61,853 bases of DNA from the NCBI GenBank assembly GCA_014360055.1, contig JACIYH010000004.1:1-61853 (forward strand), in the 5' to 3' direction. A model generated the notes under the pieces. It did not search any database, had not been told where the DNA came from, and worked only from the letters and a program-made list of their open reading frames with translations. The stretch's first letter is position 1. The number at the start of each line of letters is the position of its first letter. A program made the position numbers and the translations under genes. This stretch comes from Bacillota bacterium (GTDB taxonomy: Bacteria; Bacillota; Sulfobacillia; JACIYH01). Of the stretch, positions 25,822 through 34,649 are shown piece by piece.

Positions 25822-26600
25822 TGAAGCCTCCTTTGCGGGTCCTGGGTTGGCTGGGACGGGCCGGGGGGAGTGAACAGGAAGCGGATGTCGCGCAGGCGCG
25901 AGCGCGGGCAGGCATCCTGGCAGGCGCGGCACATGATGTGGCTGCCCGCGGTGAGGCGGGGCTCGTGCCGCGCCACCACTTCCGGCGGCGGCATCCTGCC
26001 CGGCCCGCCCAGGGTGAGTCCCACCAGGCACTTCTCATCGTCCACCCGGAAGGGCTCCAGTGCCCCCACCGGGCAGGCTTCCACACAGGCCGAGCAGTTC
26101 CCGCAGAGGTCCCCCTCCCAGGGGTGATCGGGGGGAAGCACGGCGTCGGTGAGGATGCCCTCCAGGCGGAGGTCGGGTCCGCAGTCGGGGGTGATGAGCA
26201 GGGAGTTCTTGCCGAAAGTGCCCAGACCGGTGAGGCGGGCGAGGTTCTTGAGGGAGATGGCATCGGGGGTAAGGACCGCGCGGTGGCCGCGGGCGACGAG
26301 GAGGTTACACACCTCGCGCGCCCTCATGGCCACCGTACCGTATCCGGGATAACGCCACCCACCGCCCGGCAGCCGCACCGCCAGGTCCTCTGCCGGATCG
26401 CGGATCTGGGCCGCGACCACGATGGCCGTTCGCGCCCCCGGCAGCACCTCGGCGGGGCGGCGGGTGGGCTGGCGGATGATCCAGCCCACATGGATGCCGG
26501 CATACTGCTCCATATCCTCTGCCCGGGCGAACCCCACGCGGAAGCCGCGCCGTTGGGCCAGTTCCCGGATCTCGCCTGCTAGATCGTCCTGCCCTGGCAC
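25818..26600 (-). CDS. 4Fe-4S protein of the epoxyqueuosine-reductase (QueG)/reductive-dehalogenase-like type
   Basis: TGLGTFGKNSLLITPDCGPDLRLEGILTD...CGNCSACVEACPVGA, plus a second Cys cluster MCRACQDACP. GTG start. Confidence 0.55.
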   Translation of the reverse strand: MPGQDDLAGEIRELAQRRGFRVGFARAEDMEQYAGIHVGWIIRQPTRRPAEVLPGARTAIVVAAQIRDPAEDLAVRLPGGGWRYPGYGTVAMRAREVCNLLVARGHRAVLTPDAISLKNLARLTGLGTFGKNSLLITPDCGPDLRLEGILTDAVLPPDHPWEGDLCGNCSACVEACPVGALEPFRVDDEKCLVGLTLGGPGRMPPPEVVARHEPRLTAGSHIMCRACQDACPRSRLRDIRFLFTPPGPSQPTQDPQRRLQ

Positions 26601-26757
26601 GGCTTTCCCCCCATCCCGCCCATGCCCCCTGTGCCCCTCTTTCCCGCCCGCGAGCCGGCCCCGGGCCCCCGGACGGTGAGCCTGCGGACCCCCCCCTCAG
26701 AGCGGGTGCACGCAAGAGTACGGCCCCCGGAATAACGGCGCCAGCGTCAAGGTGTGG

Positions 26758-28587
26758 TCAGGGAGCAATGCCGGTGGCCCGGGTGCGGCGGGGGCTGTGT
26801 CCGGGGACGCGCAGCTTGCGGTAGAGGCTGGCGCGGCTGATCCCCAACTCGCGGGCGGCCTGGTCCACGGCACCGCTTCCTGAACCGTACCGGGCCAGGC
26901 ACGCCCTGATCAGTGAAGCCTCGAACCGCCGGACCTGGTCGCGCAGCGTACCGCCGCCAGCGGGCAATCCGCGGTGACGGAGGCGGGGCGGCAGGTCCTC
27001 CACCGAAATGGTGGGACCCCTGGTAAGGTGCGCGGCGTACTCGACCGCGTTCTGCAACTCGCGCACGTTGCCGGGCCATTCGTAGGCCAGAAAAGTCTCC
27101 AGCACCGCCCGGCTGAACCCGCTCACTTCTTTGGGCACCACCCGGCGCTGGCTGTCCAGGAAGTACTCCGCCAGCAGCGGGATGTCCTCGCGGCGCTCCC
27201 GCAGCGGCGGGATGTGCAGGGGGATGACGCTCAGGCGGAAATAGAGGTCCTCGCGGAACTCGTGGTCACGCATCATCTGCTCCAGGTCCCGGTTGCTGGC
27301 GGCGATCACGCGCACGTCCACCGGCAGTGGGCGCGTGCCGCCGACCCGTTCGACCACGTGGTCCTGGAGCACGCGCAGGAGCTTCACCTGCAGGTGCAGC
27401 GGCAGGTCCCCGATCTCGTCGAGGAAGACGGTGCCGCCGCTCGCCATCTCGAACTTGCCCGGCTTGCCCTCCCGCCGGGCCCCCGTGAAGGCGCCTCCCT
27501 CGTAGCCAAACAGCTCGCTCTCCAGGAGGGTCTCGGGGATGGCGCCGCAGTTGATCACCACGAAAGGACCGGCCGCCCGCGGGCTGGCGGCGTGGATGGC
27601 GCGGGCGAACATCTCCTTGCCGGTACCGCTCTCCCCGCAGATGAGGACGGTGACGTCACTCGCCGCCACCTGCATGGCCTGCTCCTTCACCCGCAAGAGG
27701 GCGGGACTGGTACCCTTGATGTCGGCAAAGGTGTATCCCGGGCGGGTGTCGGTCATGCTGCGCACCAGCCGGCGTACGTCGGAAAAGGCGCGGAAGGTCG
27801 CCACCACGCCTTTGACCGCACCCTCCACGCGCACGGGCAGCGCCGTAACCAGGAAGTGGGCGGGACGCGGGTGTTGGTACATTTCCTCCCGTTCCCGGTA
27901 CCCGCGGCCGGTGGCGAGTACCGTGAGCATGGGGGAGTCATGCCAGAGGGTGGAGAGGTGCCTTCCCACCAGTTCCCGCCGCGGCAGGCCGATGAGGACC
28001 TCGGCCGCCCGGTTGCAGTGGGAGATAAATCCCTCCTCGTCGATGGCCAGCACGCCCTCCCCGATACTCTCCAGGATGGTGGCCAGCTGGCCCGAGGTAA
28101 CGCTCAGGCGGGTCATGGCGTGGTGCTCCCTAACTTTGCTGGCCAGGAGTTCCGCCATGCGATGGAGGAATTCCAGCATCTCCCGCTGCTTGGTGAGCAG
28201 GAACTCGCGCTGCCCCGGCGTCATGGCCGTGAGTCCCATTACCCCCGCCACCCGGCCGTCCACGACCACGGGGCAGCAGATCTCGGCCTGCTCGTCGATT
28301 TCCCCGGTGATGGAGCGGGGGTCGTAGGTGGGGTCCGAGGCGGGATCTTCAACCACGAAGGACTGTCCGGTGCGGAGGACCCGGCCGTATAGAAAGCCGG
28401 CCGCCGGGTCGCCGCCCTCCTCCTTGGTACCGATGCGCTGGCGGTACTTGCCGGTGCCGGCCACTATGGTGAGCCGGTCGTCCACGATCTCCGTTTCCAC
28501 ACCCAGGGCGGCGGAAATGGCTTCCGCCACCTGCTGGACGGTATCCTGTATGGACATCAAATCGGAAACGGACAAGCCCCCTCGCAC
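26758..28587 (-). CDS. sigma-54-dependent transcriptional activator (GAF-PAS-AAA+-Fis HTH)
   Basis: AAA+ Walker A GESGTGKE, the GAFTGA loop (ESELFGYEGGAFTGA), and C-terminal HTH AARELGISRASLYRKL. N-terminal sensory domains. The start is uncertain (GTG 28587 or ATG 28557). Confidence 0.85.
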   Translation of the reverse strand: MRGGLSVSDLMSIQDTVQQVAEAISAALGVETEIVDDRLTIVAGTGKYRQRIGTKEEGGDPAAGFLYGRVLRTGQSFVVEDPASDPTYDPRSITGEIDEQAEICCPVVVDGRVAGVMGLTAMTPGQREFLLTKQREMLEFLHRMAELLASKVREHHAMTRLSVTSGQLATILESIGEGVLAIDEEGFISHCNRAAEVLIGLPRRELVGRHLSTLWHDSPMLTVLATGRGYREREEMYQHPRPAHFLVTALPVRVEGAVKGVVATFRAFSDVRRLVRSMTDTRPGYTFADIKGTSPALLRVKEQAMQVAASDVTVLICGESGTGKEMFARAIHAASPRAAGPFVVINCGAIPETLLESELFGYEGGAFTGARREGKPGKFEMASGGTVFLDEIGDLPLHLQVKLLRVLQDHVVERVGGTRPLPVDVRVIAASNRDLEQMMRDHEFREDLYFRLSVIPLHIPPLRERREDIPLLAEYFLDSQRRVVPKEVSGFSRAVLETFLAYEWPGNVRELQNAVEYAAHLTRGPTISVEDLPPRLRHRGLPAGGGTLRDQVRRFEASLIRACLARYGSGSGAVDQAARELGISRASLYRKLRVPGHSPRRTRATGIAP

Positions 28588-28678
28588 CCCCCATTTGGCG
28601 GCAAATCGCGTACTTACTTCGCCCCTGTGCCCATTTGCTCCTGCTCTCTGGGGGCCGAGTGGCGCGCACCCCCAGGGC

Positions 28679-30685
28679 TCAGACGGTGGCGTGGGCGGGC
28701 GAGAGGGGGCTCAGCCACTTGTGGGCTTCGGCGATGGAGTAGGCGGCCAGGGCGCCCTCCTGGGCGGCCTCCATGATGCGGCGCGGCCGTACGGCGTCCC
28801 CTATCACGTAGACCTCACCCACGCGGCCGGCCAGGTCCAGCGCCAGGTCGTTGACCGGGGTGGCCCCCACGGCCAGCACCACGGCGTCGGCGGGGAAGGA
28901 CGCCGTCTGCAGGTGGCGATCGATGGTGCGGACGGTGCTGTCGGTGATGCTGGTGGCGGTCACGCCGGTGAGGCCGTTGATGCCCAGGCGCTTGAAGCGC
29001 CCCAGCATGTCCAGCCGGTTGATGGGCTCCATGTCCAGGGCCAGGTCCTGGAGCATCTCCAGGATGGTCACCTGCTTGCCCCGCTCGGCCAGGAACTCTG
29101 CCGTTTCGCATCCCACCTGGCCACCTCCGATGATCACCACCCGCTGACCGTCCACCTGCTTCGTGCCGGCCAGCACGTCCCACGCCTGGAAGACGCGGGG
29201 ACCGTCCACGCCCGGGATGTCGGGGACGGCCGGCACCGCGCCCGTGGCGACGATGACCGCCGCCGGCTGCTCGCGCAGGACGTCCTCCGCGGAGACGTTG
29301 CGACCGGTGAACACGCGCACCCGGAAGAGGGCCAGTTCCCGGGTGAGGAAATCGGTGAACCAGTTGATCTTGTCCTTATGGGGTGGCAGGGCGGCGAGGA
29401 GCATCTGCCCGCCCAGCCGGTCCGACTTCTCGAAGAGGACCACATCGTGACCGCGCATGGCGGCGATGCGGGCCGCCTCCATGCCGGCGGGACCGCCTCC
29501 TACCACCACCACCTTCACGCGGTGGGGGGCGGGCGGGATGGTGCCCAGCAGCTCCTCCATACCCACGGCCGGGTTGACGGTGCAGCGCATGATGCTGGAG
29601 GCGAAGATGCCGTTGCCCACGCAGCCGATGTTGCAGCTGATGCAGCGGTTGATGCGGTCGGCATGCCCGGTGGCCGCCTTCAGGGCGAACTCGGCATCGG
29701 TGATGTGACCGCGTCCCACCGCCACGAAGTCGGCCTTGCCTTCGGCGATGATGCGGTCGGCCATCTCGGGGGTGCGGATGACGCCCACGGTGATCACCGG
29801 GATGGTCACCGCCTGCTTGATGGCCTCTGCCAGGTAGACGCGCCATCCCTCGGGGTAGGACATGGGCTCGAGGACGCGGTCCATGCTTTCGTAGATGCCG
29901 GCGGAGACGTGCAGGACGTCCACCCCCGCCTGCTGGAGCCGGGCGGCGATCTGCCTGGCTTCCTCCAGGGTGAGACCTCCGGGGATGAACTCGTCGGCGC
30001 TGAAGCGGAAGCCAATGATGAAGTCGTCCCCCACTTTCTCCCGCGTGCGCCGGATGATCTCGAGGGGGAAGCGAAGGCGCGCCTCCAGCGTCCCGCCGTA
30101 CTGGTCCACGCGCCGGTTGGTGTAGGGTGACATGAACTGGCCGATCAGGTAACCATGCGCCCCGTGCAGTTCGATGCCGTCGAAGCCGGCCAGTTTGGCG
30201 CGGGCGGCGGCTTCCGCGAACTTGTTGATGAGGGTGTCGATCTCTTCGCCGGTGAGTTCGCGCGGTTGCACACCCAGGAACCGGCAGGGCACCGGGGATG
30301 GCGCCACCGGCACACGCCCCTCGGTGATGGCGGGGGTGGTCTGTCTTCCGGCGTGGTGGATCTGCTGCAGGGCCACGGCGCCGTGGCGCTTGATGGCGGT
30401 GGCCAGCAGGCGCAGGCCGGGGACGAACTTATCGTTGTCGATGCGGTGCTGGCGGACCACGTTCTTGCCGGTGGGGTAGTCCACCTGGGCATTCTCCACG
30501 ATGATGACGCCCGTGCCGCCCTTGGCCCGCTCCTCGTAGTAGCGGATCATGCGGTCGGTGACCTCGCCGTCCTCGCCACCGTAGTTGGTGGCCATGGGCG
30601 GCATGACCAGGCGGTTGCGCGCGGTGACCTTACCGATACGGCCCGGTTGAAACAGACTGGGATAGTGATTGGTCGGCACTGACAC
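28679..30685 (-). CDS. two-domain NADH:flavin (OYE-like) / FAD-NAD(P) oxidoreductase (2,4-dienoyl-CoA/enoate reductase type)
   Basis: N-terminal OYE signature LVMPPMATNY...QIHHAGRQ...ELHGAHGYLIGQF. Cys cluster CISCNIGC. Two dinucleotide folds (VVVVGGGPAGMEAA, VVIIGGGQVGCE). Confidence 0.8.
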   Translation of the reverse strand: MSVPTNHYPSLFQPGRIGKVTARNRLVMPPMATNYGGEDGEVTDRMIRYYEERAKGGTGVIIVENAQVDYPTGKNVVRQHRIDNDKFVPGLRLLATAIKRHGAVALQQIHHAGRQTTPAITEGRVPVAPSPVPCRFLGVQPRELTGEEIDTLINKFAEAAARAKLAGFDGIELHGAHGYLIGQFMSPYTNRRVDQYGGTLEARLRFPLEIIRRTREKVGDDFIIGFRFSADEFIPGGLTLEEARQIAARLQQAGVDVLHVSAGIYESMDRVLEPMSYPEGWRVYLAEAIKQAVTIPVITVGVIRTPEMADRIIAEGKADFVAVGRGHITDAEFALKAATGHADRINRCISCNIGCVGNGIFASSIMRCTVNPAVGMEELLGTIPPAPHRVKVVVVGGGPAGMEAARIAAMRGHDVVLFEKSDRLGGQMLLAALPPHKDKINWFTDFLTRELALFRVRVFTGRNVSAEDVLREQPAAVIVATGAVPAVPDIPGVDGPRVFQAWDVLAGTKQVDGQRVVIIGGGQVGCETAEFLAERGKQVTILEMLQDLALDMEPINRLDMLGRFKRLGINGLTGVTATSITDSTVRTIDRHLQTASFPADAVVLAVGATPVNDLALDLAGRVGEVYVIGDAVRPRRIMEAAQEGALAAYSIAEAHKWLSPLSPAHATV

Positions 30686-30790
30686 TCCCTCCCCGCAGGC
30701 GCTGGCATTCTCTTCAGTATTGGTGTCCCGCGGAGGAGTGCCTCATGCCTGCCCCACGGCTGGTGCGTGGAGCAGTACCTCATGCGTGCC

Positions 30791-32050
30791 TCACGCCTGG
30801 TGAGGACCCCCGGGAGAGCTGCCCGTCGTCCTGCAGGGGAGAGGGACAACGGTGGCGCCCGCGTTGGGGCCGGCGGCGGGGGCGGCGTGGCGGGTCACCA
30901 GGACCCGCATGGCCACGAACATGACGGCTGCCGTGGCGCCCGCCAGGAGGAACGGCGCCAGTTCCATCCTCTGGCGCAGGTAGCCCGCCAGGGGCACGGC
31001 CAGGGCGGCCGCCAGGCTGCTCGCCGTACCGATGGCTCCCAGCGCCCGACCACGGATAGTCTCGGGGAGGGCGACCACCCGGAACGCGTCACTCGCCACC
31101 ATGGAAAACTGGAAGGCCGCAGACATAGCCAGCATACCGGCCATGATGGCCGCTGGATGCCTCTGCAAGGCCCAGAGCAGCACGGAACCACCCAGGCCCA
31201 GGGTTGCCCAGGAGAACACCCGGTAGACCCCCCAGCGGGCCACCGCCCGGCCGGCCAGCAGGCTGGACAGCGCCGAGACGGCCGACCCGGCGGCGTAGAA
31301 CAGGTTGATCTGGGACTTGCTCAGCCCCATGGCGTCGCTGGCGTGCAGGGCGAGGAACGGTCCCCACATGGTGGTACTCAGGACCAGGTAGTACGCCACC
31401 GAGATGAGCAGCACCACCGCCAGCCGCCCCGAGAACACGTGCGTGAACTGGAAGTGTTCGGAGCCCGCCGTGGCCGGTCGGGTTTCCCGCAGCAGTACCT
31501 GGCGGGCTACGGCTGTGCACACACAGGTGACACCGGTGATCAGGAGTAACCCCCTGGCTCGCACGAGGGGAAGCAGGTAAGCCCCCAGCAGCGGACCCGC
31601 CACCACGCCCACTCCGATGGTGAACTCGACCAGGCCGAAGGCGTGGCCATGGCGCTCCGGTGGAACGGCCTCGCCAATTATGGTGGAGAAGGTGGGTCCC
31701 TGAATGGCGTTGGCCACGTACCACAGGACGTATACCAGCACAAACGGCTGCCACGAGGGCATGAAGGCGGCCGCTGAGATGGCCGCTCCGGCGAGGTAGG
31801 TGGGATACAGGAGGGTGGGGCGACGGCCGAAGCGGTCGCTCCAGATACCTCCGCGGTACTGGAACAGCGCAGCCACGGCCGTCCAGGTGGCGACGGAAAG
31901 GCTGACCTGGAAGTCCGATGCCCCCAGGTCACGCAGGATGAGCGGAAGGATAGGACTCCACATCGTCATGGCCCCCACGTTGAGAGCACACGTGACGGCC
32001 ATGACGGGCACGTTTCTGGCTGCGGGCCACGGTCCGGTTGCCTGCTGCAC
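30791..32050 (-). CDS. MFS transporter
   Basis: About 12 hydrophobic segments and the loop motif GGIWSDRFGRRP. Confidence 0.75.
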   Translation of the reverse strand: MQQATGPWPAARNVPVMAVTCALNVGAMTMWSPILPLILRDLGASDFQVSLSVATWTAVAALFQYRGGIWSDRFGRRPTLLYPTYLAGAAISAAAFMPSWQPFVLVYVLWYVANAIQGPTFSTIIGEAVPPERHGHAFGLVEFTIGVGVVAGPLLGAYLLPLVRARGLLLITGVTCVCTAVARQVLLRETRPATAGSEHFQFTHVFSGRLAVVLLISVAYYLVLSTTMWGPFLALHASDAMGLSKSQINLFYAAGSAVSALSSLLAGRAVARWGVYRVFSWATLGLGGSVLLWALQRHPAAIMAGMLAMSAAFQFSMVASDAFRVVALPETIRGRALGAIGTASSLAAALAVPLAGYLRQRMELAPFLLAGATAAVMFVAMRVLVTRHAAPAAGPNAGATVVPLPCRTTGSSPGGPHQA

Positions 32051-32118
32051 GCCTACACGTTCGCGCCCGCCACATCACTTCCCTTCCGCCCTGTCCCACA
32101 CCCGTACCGGAGGCGGAT

Positions 32119-32297
32119 CACCTGGGGCGCGACATCCTGTCGCGCATCATCTACGGCTCCGCATATCCCTCGCCGTGGGGTTGATGTCCGAGTTCATCGT
32201 TACCGTCATCGGGGTCACGGTGGGCCTTCTGGCCGGATACTGCGGCGGCTGGTTCGACAGCCTGGTGATGCTCGTGTGCGACATCCTCTTTGCTTCC
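32119..32297 (+). pseudogene. fragment of an Opp/Dpp-type ABC permease (OppC/DppC-like), frameshifted
   Basis: HLGRDILSRIIYGS, then after a 1-nt frame break ISLAVGLMSEFIVTVIGVTVGLLAGYCGGWFDSLVMLVCDILFAS. This matches the conserved OppC core (LGRD..SR..yG.R.SL..G...G...GyfGG..D...M). There is no N- or C-terminal remainder. Confidence 0.6.
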
Positions 32298-32375
32298 AGC
32301 CTGGTGATGCGTGTGTGCGACATCCTCTTTGCTTCCAGCCTGGTGATGCGTGTGTGCGACATCCTCTTTGCTTCC
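32259..32375. repeat. 39-nt tandem triplication of the end of the oppC fragment
   Basis: The unit agcctggtgatgcgtgtgtgcgacatcctctttgcttcc starts at 32259, 32298 and 32337. Confidence 0.85.
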
Positions 32376-32399
32376 GCGACCTGCTCTTCTGCATCGGGA

Positions 32400-32915
32400 T
32401 CATATTTGCCAGAACGCCGGCAGCAGGCTGCGGGCCGCCACCGTGCCCCCCACCAGGGCGCCGATGGCGCAACCGGCGTTGACCGCCACGCGCAGGAGAC
32501 CGTAGGCTTCCATCCGCTGCCCGCCGGGTGTGACGTCGGCGACCACCGCATGGGCGGCAGGCAGGAACAGGGGGCTTCCCAGGCCGTGCACCATGGCGAG
32601 CAGCGACACGTAACGCAGGTCGCGGGCGAGGGCCAGGCCTACCAGGGCCAGGCTTTGCAGGCCCAGTCCGGCGAGCATGACGGGGCGGCGGCCCCGGGTA
32701 TCGGCGAGGTACCCTGACAGCAGCTGGCCTGCTATCCCTGCTGCGCCGTTGAGCGTGAGCATCAGCCCGGCCACCAGCGGCGTGGCCCCCAGGCGGCCGG
32801 TGGTGTACATGGAAAAGAAGGGCCAGATGGCGAAGTAGCCGATGCTGCTGACCAGCTCGCCCCAAACGAGTATCCACACGCGCCGATCGAACCGTTTGCC
32901 CATCGTATTTCGCAC
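32400..32915 (-). pseudogene. MFS transporter, N-terminal half only
   Basis: 171 aa with an MFS N-domain (GYLADTRGRRP loop). It stops abruptly beside the oppC fragment and repeats. Full-length MFS proteins are about 400 aa. Confidence 0.55.
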
Positions 32916-32918
32916 TAT

Positions 32919-33066
32919 CAGGCTGCGGGTTTGTCGCTGCTGGGGCTTACCTGCCAGGTGGCTGCGGGTTTGTCGCCGCTGGGGCCTGCCTGCCGGGTGG
33001 CTGCGGGTTTGTCGCCGCTGAGCCCTGCCTGCCAGGTGGCTGGGGGTTTCGCCGGGCTGCCTCCCA
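32919..33066. repeat. 39-nt tandem repeat (about 3.7 copies)
   Basis: The unit ctgcgggtttgtcgc(t/c)gctggggc(t/c)t(a/g)cctgcc(a/g)ggtgg starts at 32922, 32961 and 33000, with a degenerate copy at about 33039. It lies directly upstream of the truncated MFS gene. Confidence 0.8.
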
Positions 33067-33228
33067 GTCTCAGGGGCCGCCCGGCGTAAAAATGTTCGAT
33101 AGGGGATACCGGCGTTCCTGCCGGTGAGGCGGCGGGTGGGCCGGTACGGTGCGCTTCTTCATAAAACCTTCACGGTTGGTGGTTACTATAACGGCAGGAT
33201 CGGGAGCGGCAGAAGGAGGTTGATTGGT

Positions 33229-33999
33229 TTGCGTAAGTGGATGTGGGTGTTGGCCGGCGCCCTCGTGCTGGTGCTCGCGGCATCCCCGGTGCTGGCCGCC
33301 GGGATGGGTGGCGCTCGCCTGCGCGCCCGTGACGGGGCCGGCCTGGGCCAGTTGCGGCTGCAACTGCGCGACGCCACCTGTGCGGAACTGGGCGTGACTC
33401 CCGAGCAGTTCCAGCAGGCCAGGCAGCGCGCGGCCATCAAGGTGGTAGACCAGTTGCAGGCACAGGGTAAGATCACCGCGCAGCAGGCCGAGCGCATTCG
33501 CCAGCGCATCGAGCAGGGCGACTTCGGTCGCGGCATGGGCCGGCCGGCTGACGGTCCGCGTCAGGGCATGGGCCCGGGCACACGCGGGCCGGGCATCCGC
33601 CTGCAGGCCGGACGGCTGGCGCTGGACGAACTGGCCGGGTTCCTGGGCATCAGCACCGAGGACTTCTGGGCGGCCCTGCGCAGCGGTAAGTCCGTCGCCC
33701 AGGTGGCCGAGGAGCGGGGCAAGACGCGCCAGGAAGTGATCGATTTCCTGACCGCCAGGGTCAAGGAGCGCCTGGATGAGGCGGTGGCGGCCGACAAGAT
33801 CACGCAGGAGAGGGCCGACCAGGTGATGGCTGCCTTCCAGGCTCACCTGCCCCAACTGCTGGACTACGTGCGGGATTGCTCCAACTGTCCCTGCGGCGCC
33901 CCCGGCACCGGTGGCGGCCGTGGCGGCCGGTGGCAGCGGGGTGGCCAGGGTCCGCAAGCGCCTCAGGCACCCGCGGCCCCTCAGTCCAGCGGCCTCTGA
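33229..33999 (+). CDS. secreted helical-repeat protein (DUF2680/YckD-like?)
   Basis: Signal peptide WMWVLAGALVLVLAASPVLAAG. Repeated ..ITAQQAERIRQRIEQ.. / ..ITQERADQVMAAFQ.. segments. Gly/Gln/Pro-rich tail. RBS AGGAGG at 33214-33219; the start is TTG 33229 or ATG 33241. Confidence 0.45.
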   Translation: MRKWMWVLAGALVLVLAASPVLAAGMGGARLRARDGAGLGQLRLQLRDATCAELGVTPEQFQQARQRAAIKVVDQLQAQGKITAQQAERIRQRIEQGDFGRGMGRPADGPRQGMGPGTRGPGIRLQAGRLALDELAGFLGISTEDFWAALRSGKSVAQVAEERGKTRQEVIDFLTARVKERLDEAVAADKITQERADQVMAAFQAHLPQLLDYVRDCSNCPCGAPGTGGGRGGRWQRGGQGPQAPQAPAAPQSSGL

Positions 34000-34104
34000 C
34001 AGCGTGCAGGCCGTAGAGCCGGCCTGTGATGCGTGGAATCACTTGGGAGGGGACATCCCGACGGGGGGGTGTCCCCTCCGGCTTGGTTACCGGATGTGCG
34101 CGCA

Positions 34105-34598
34105 CCCCCGACCACCCCAACCCCAGGTGCCCGGGGCTCCCGCCACAGGCGTACCCGCCTCGCCTTCCCCTGGCACCGACCAGAGCGCCGCCCTTGGAAG
34201 TGATTTTCTCGCCCTCTGTCCCGCCAAGTAGCTGCGAAAAATTCACCTTCTGCGGTGCCAACACCTGTCCGATGGGGGGTCTTCCCCCCATTTGACCCGG
34301 CAACTACCCCGCCTCTGCAGCGCACAAGTCGACAACCCATGCATCTACGCGTCTCGTTGTCGAACTTGTAACCTCATAATCCCGACGGCAGCAGCCTCTT
34401 GATGCTCCCCCCCGCCTGCCCGCCCCGCTTTACCCGCCCTTCACCAAAGATAAGCGGAAAAACTCGTCCCATCGCCCGGACGGAAGCAGCGAAATTTTCC
34501 CTGATTGCCCGTGCCCCGCCCGACGAACGGCCCGGACCACCTTTTTCGCAGGACGGAGGTGCCCCGCAAAAGACCAGTCAGCAGGAGACTACTGGGGC
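34105..34598 (-). repeat. right copy (about 495 nt) of the long imperfect inverted repeat
   Basis: Reverse-complement partner of 21603..22192. It has the same core and hairpin (about 34322-34367). Boundaries are approximate. Confidence 0.8.
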
Positions 34599-34649
34599 GT
34601 GTGCTGAATAGTGCCGGAGCAGGCTGGGCCTTGACCCGGGCCTGAAGAC

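Noticed and set aside
21603-34598. Interpreting the inverted-repeat-bounded 12 kb as a composite transposon, IS pair or integrated mobile element.
   Set aside because: There is no transposase, integrase or recombinase ORF in or near the repeats. The repeats are non-coding in all frames, and I saw no target-site duplication. I report it as a structural observation only.
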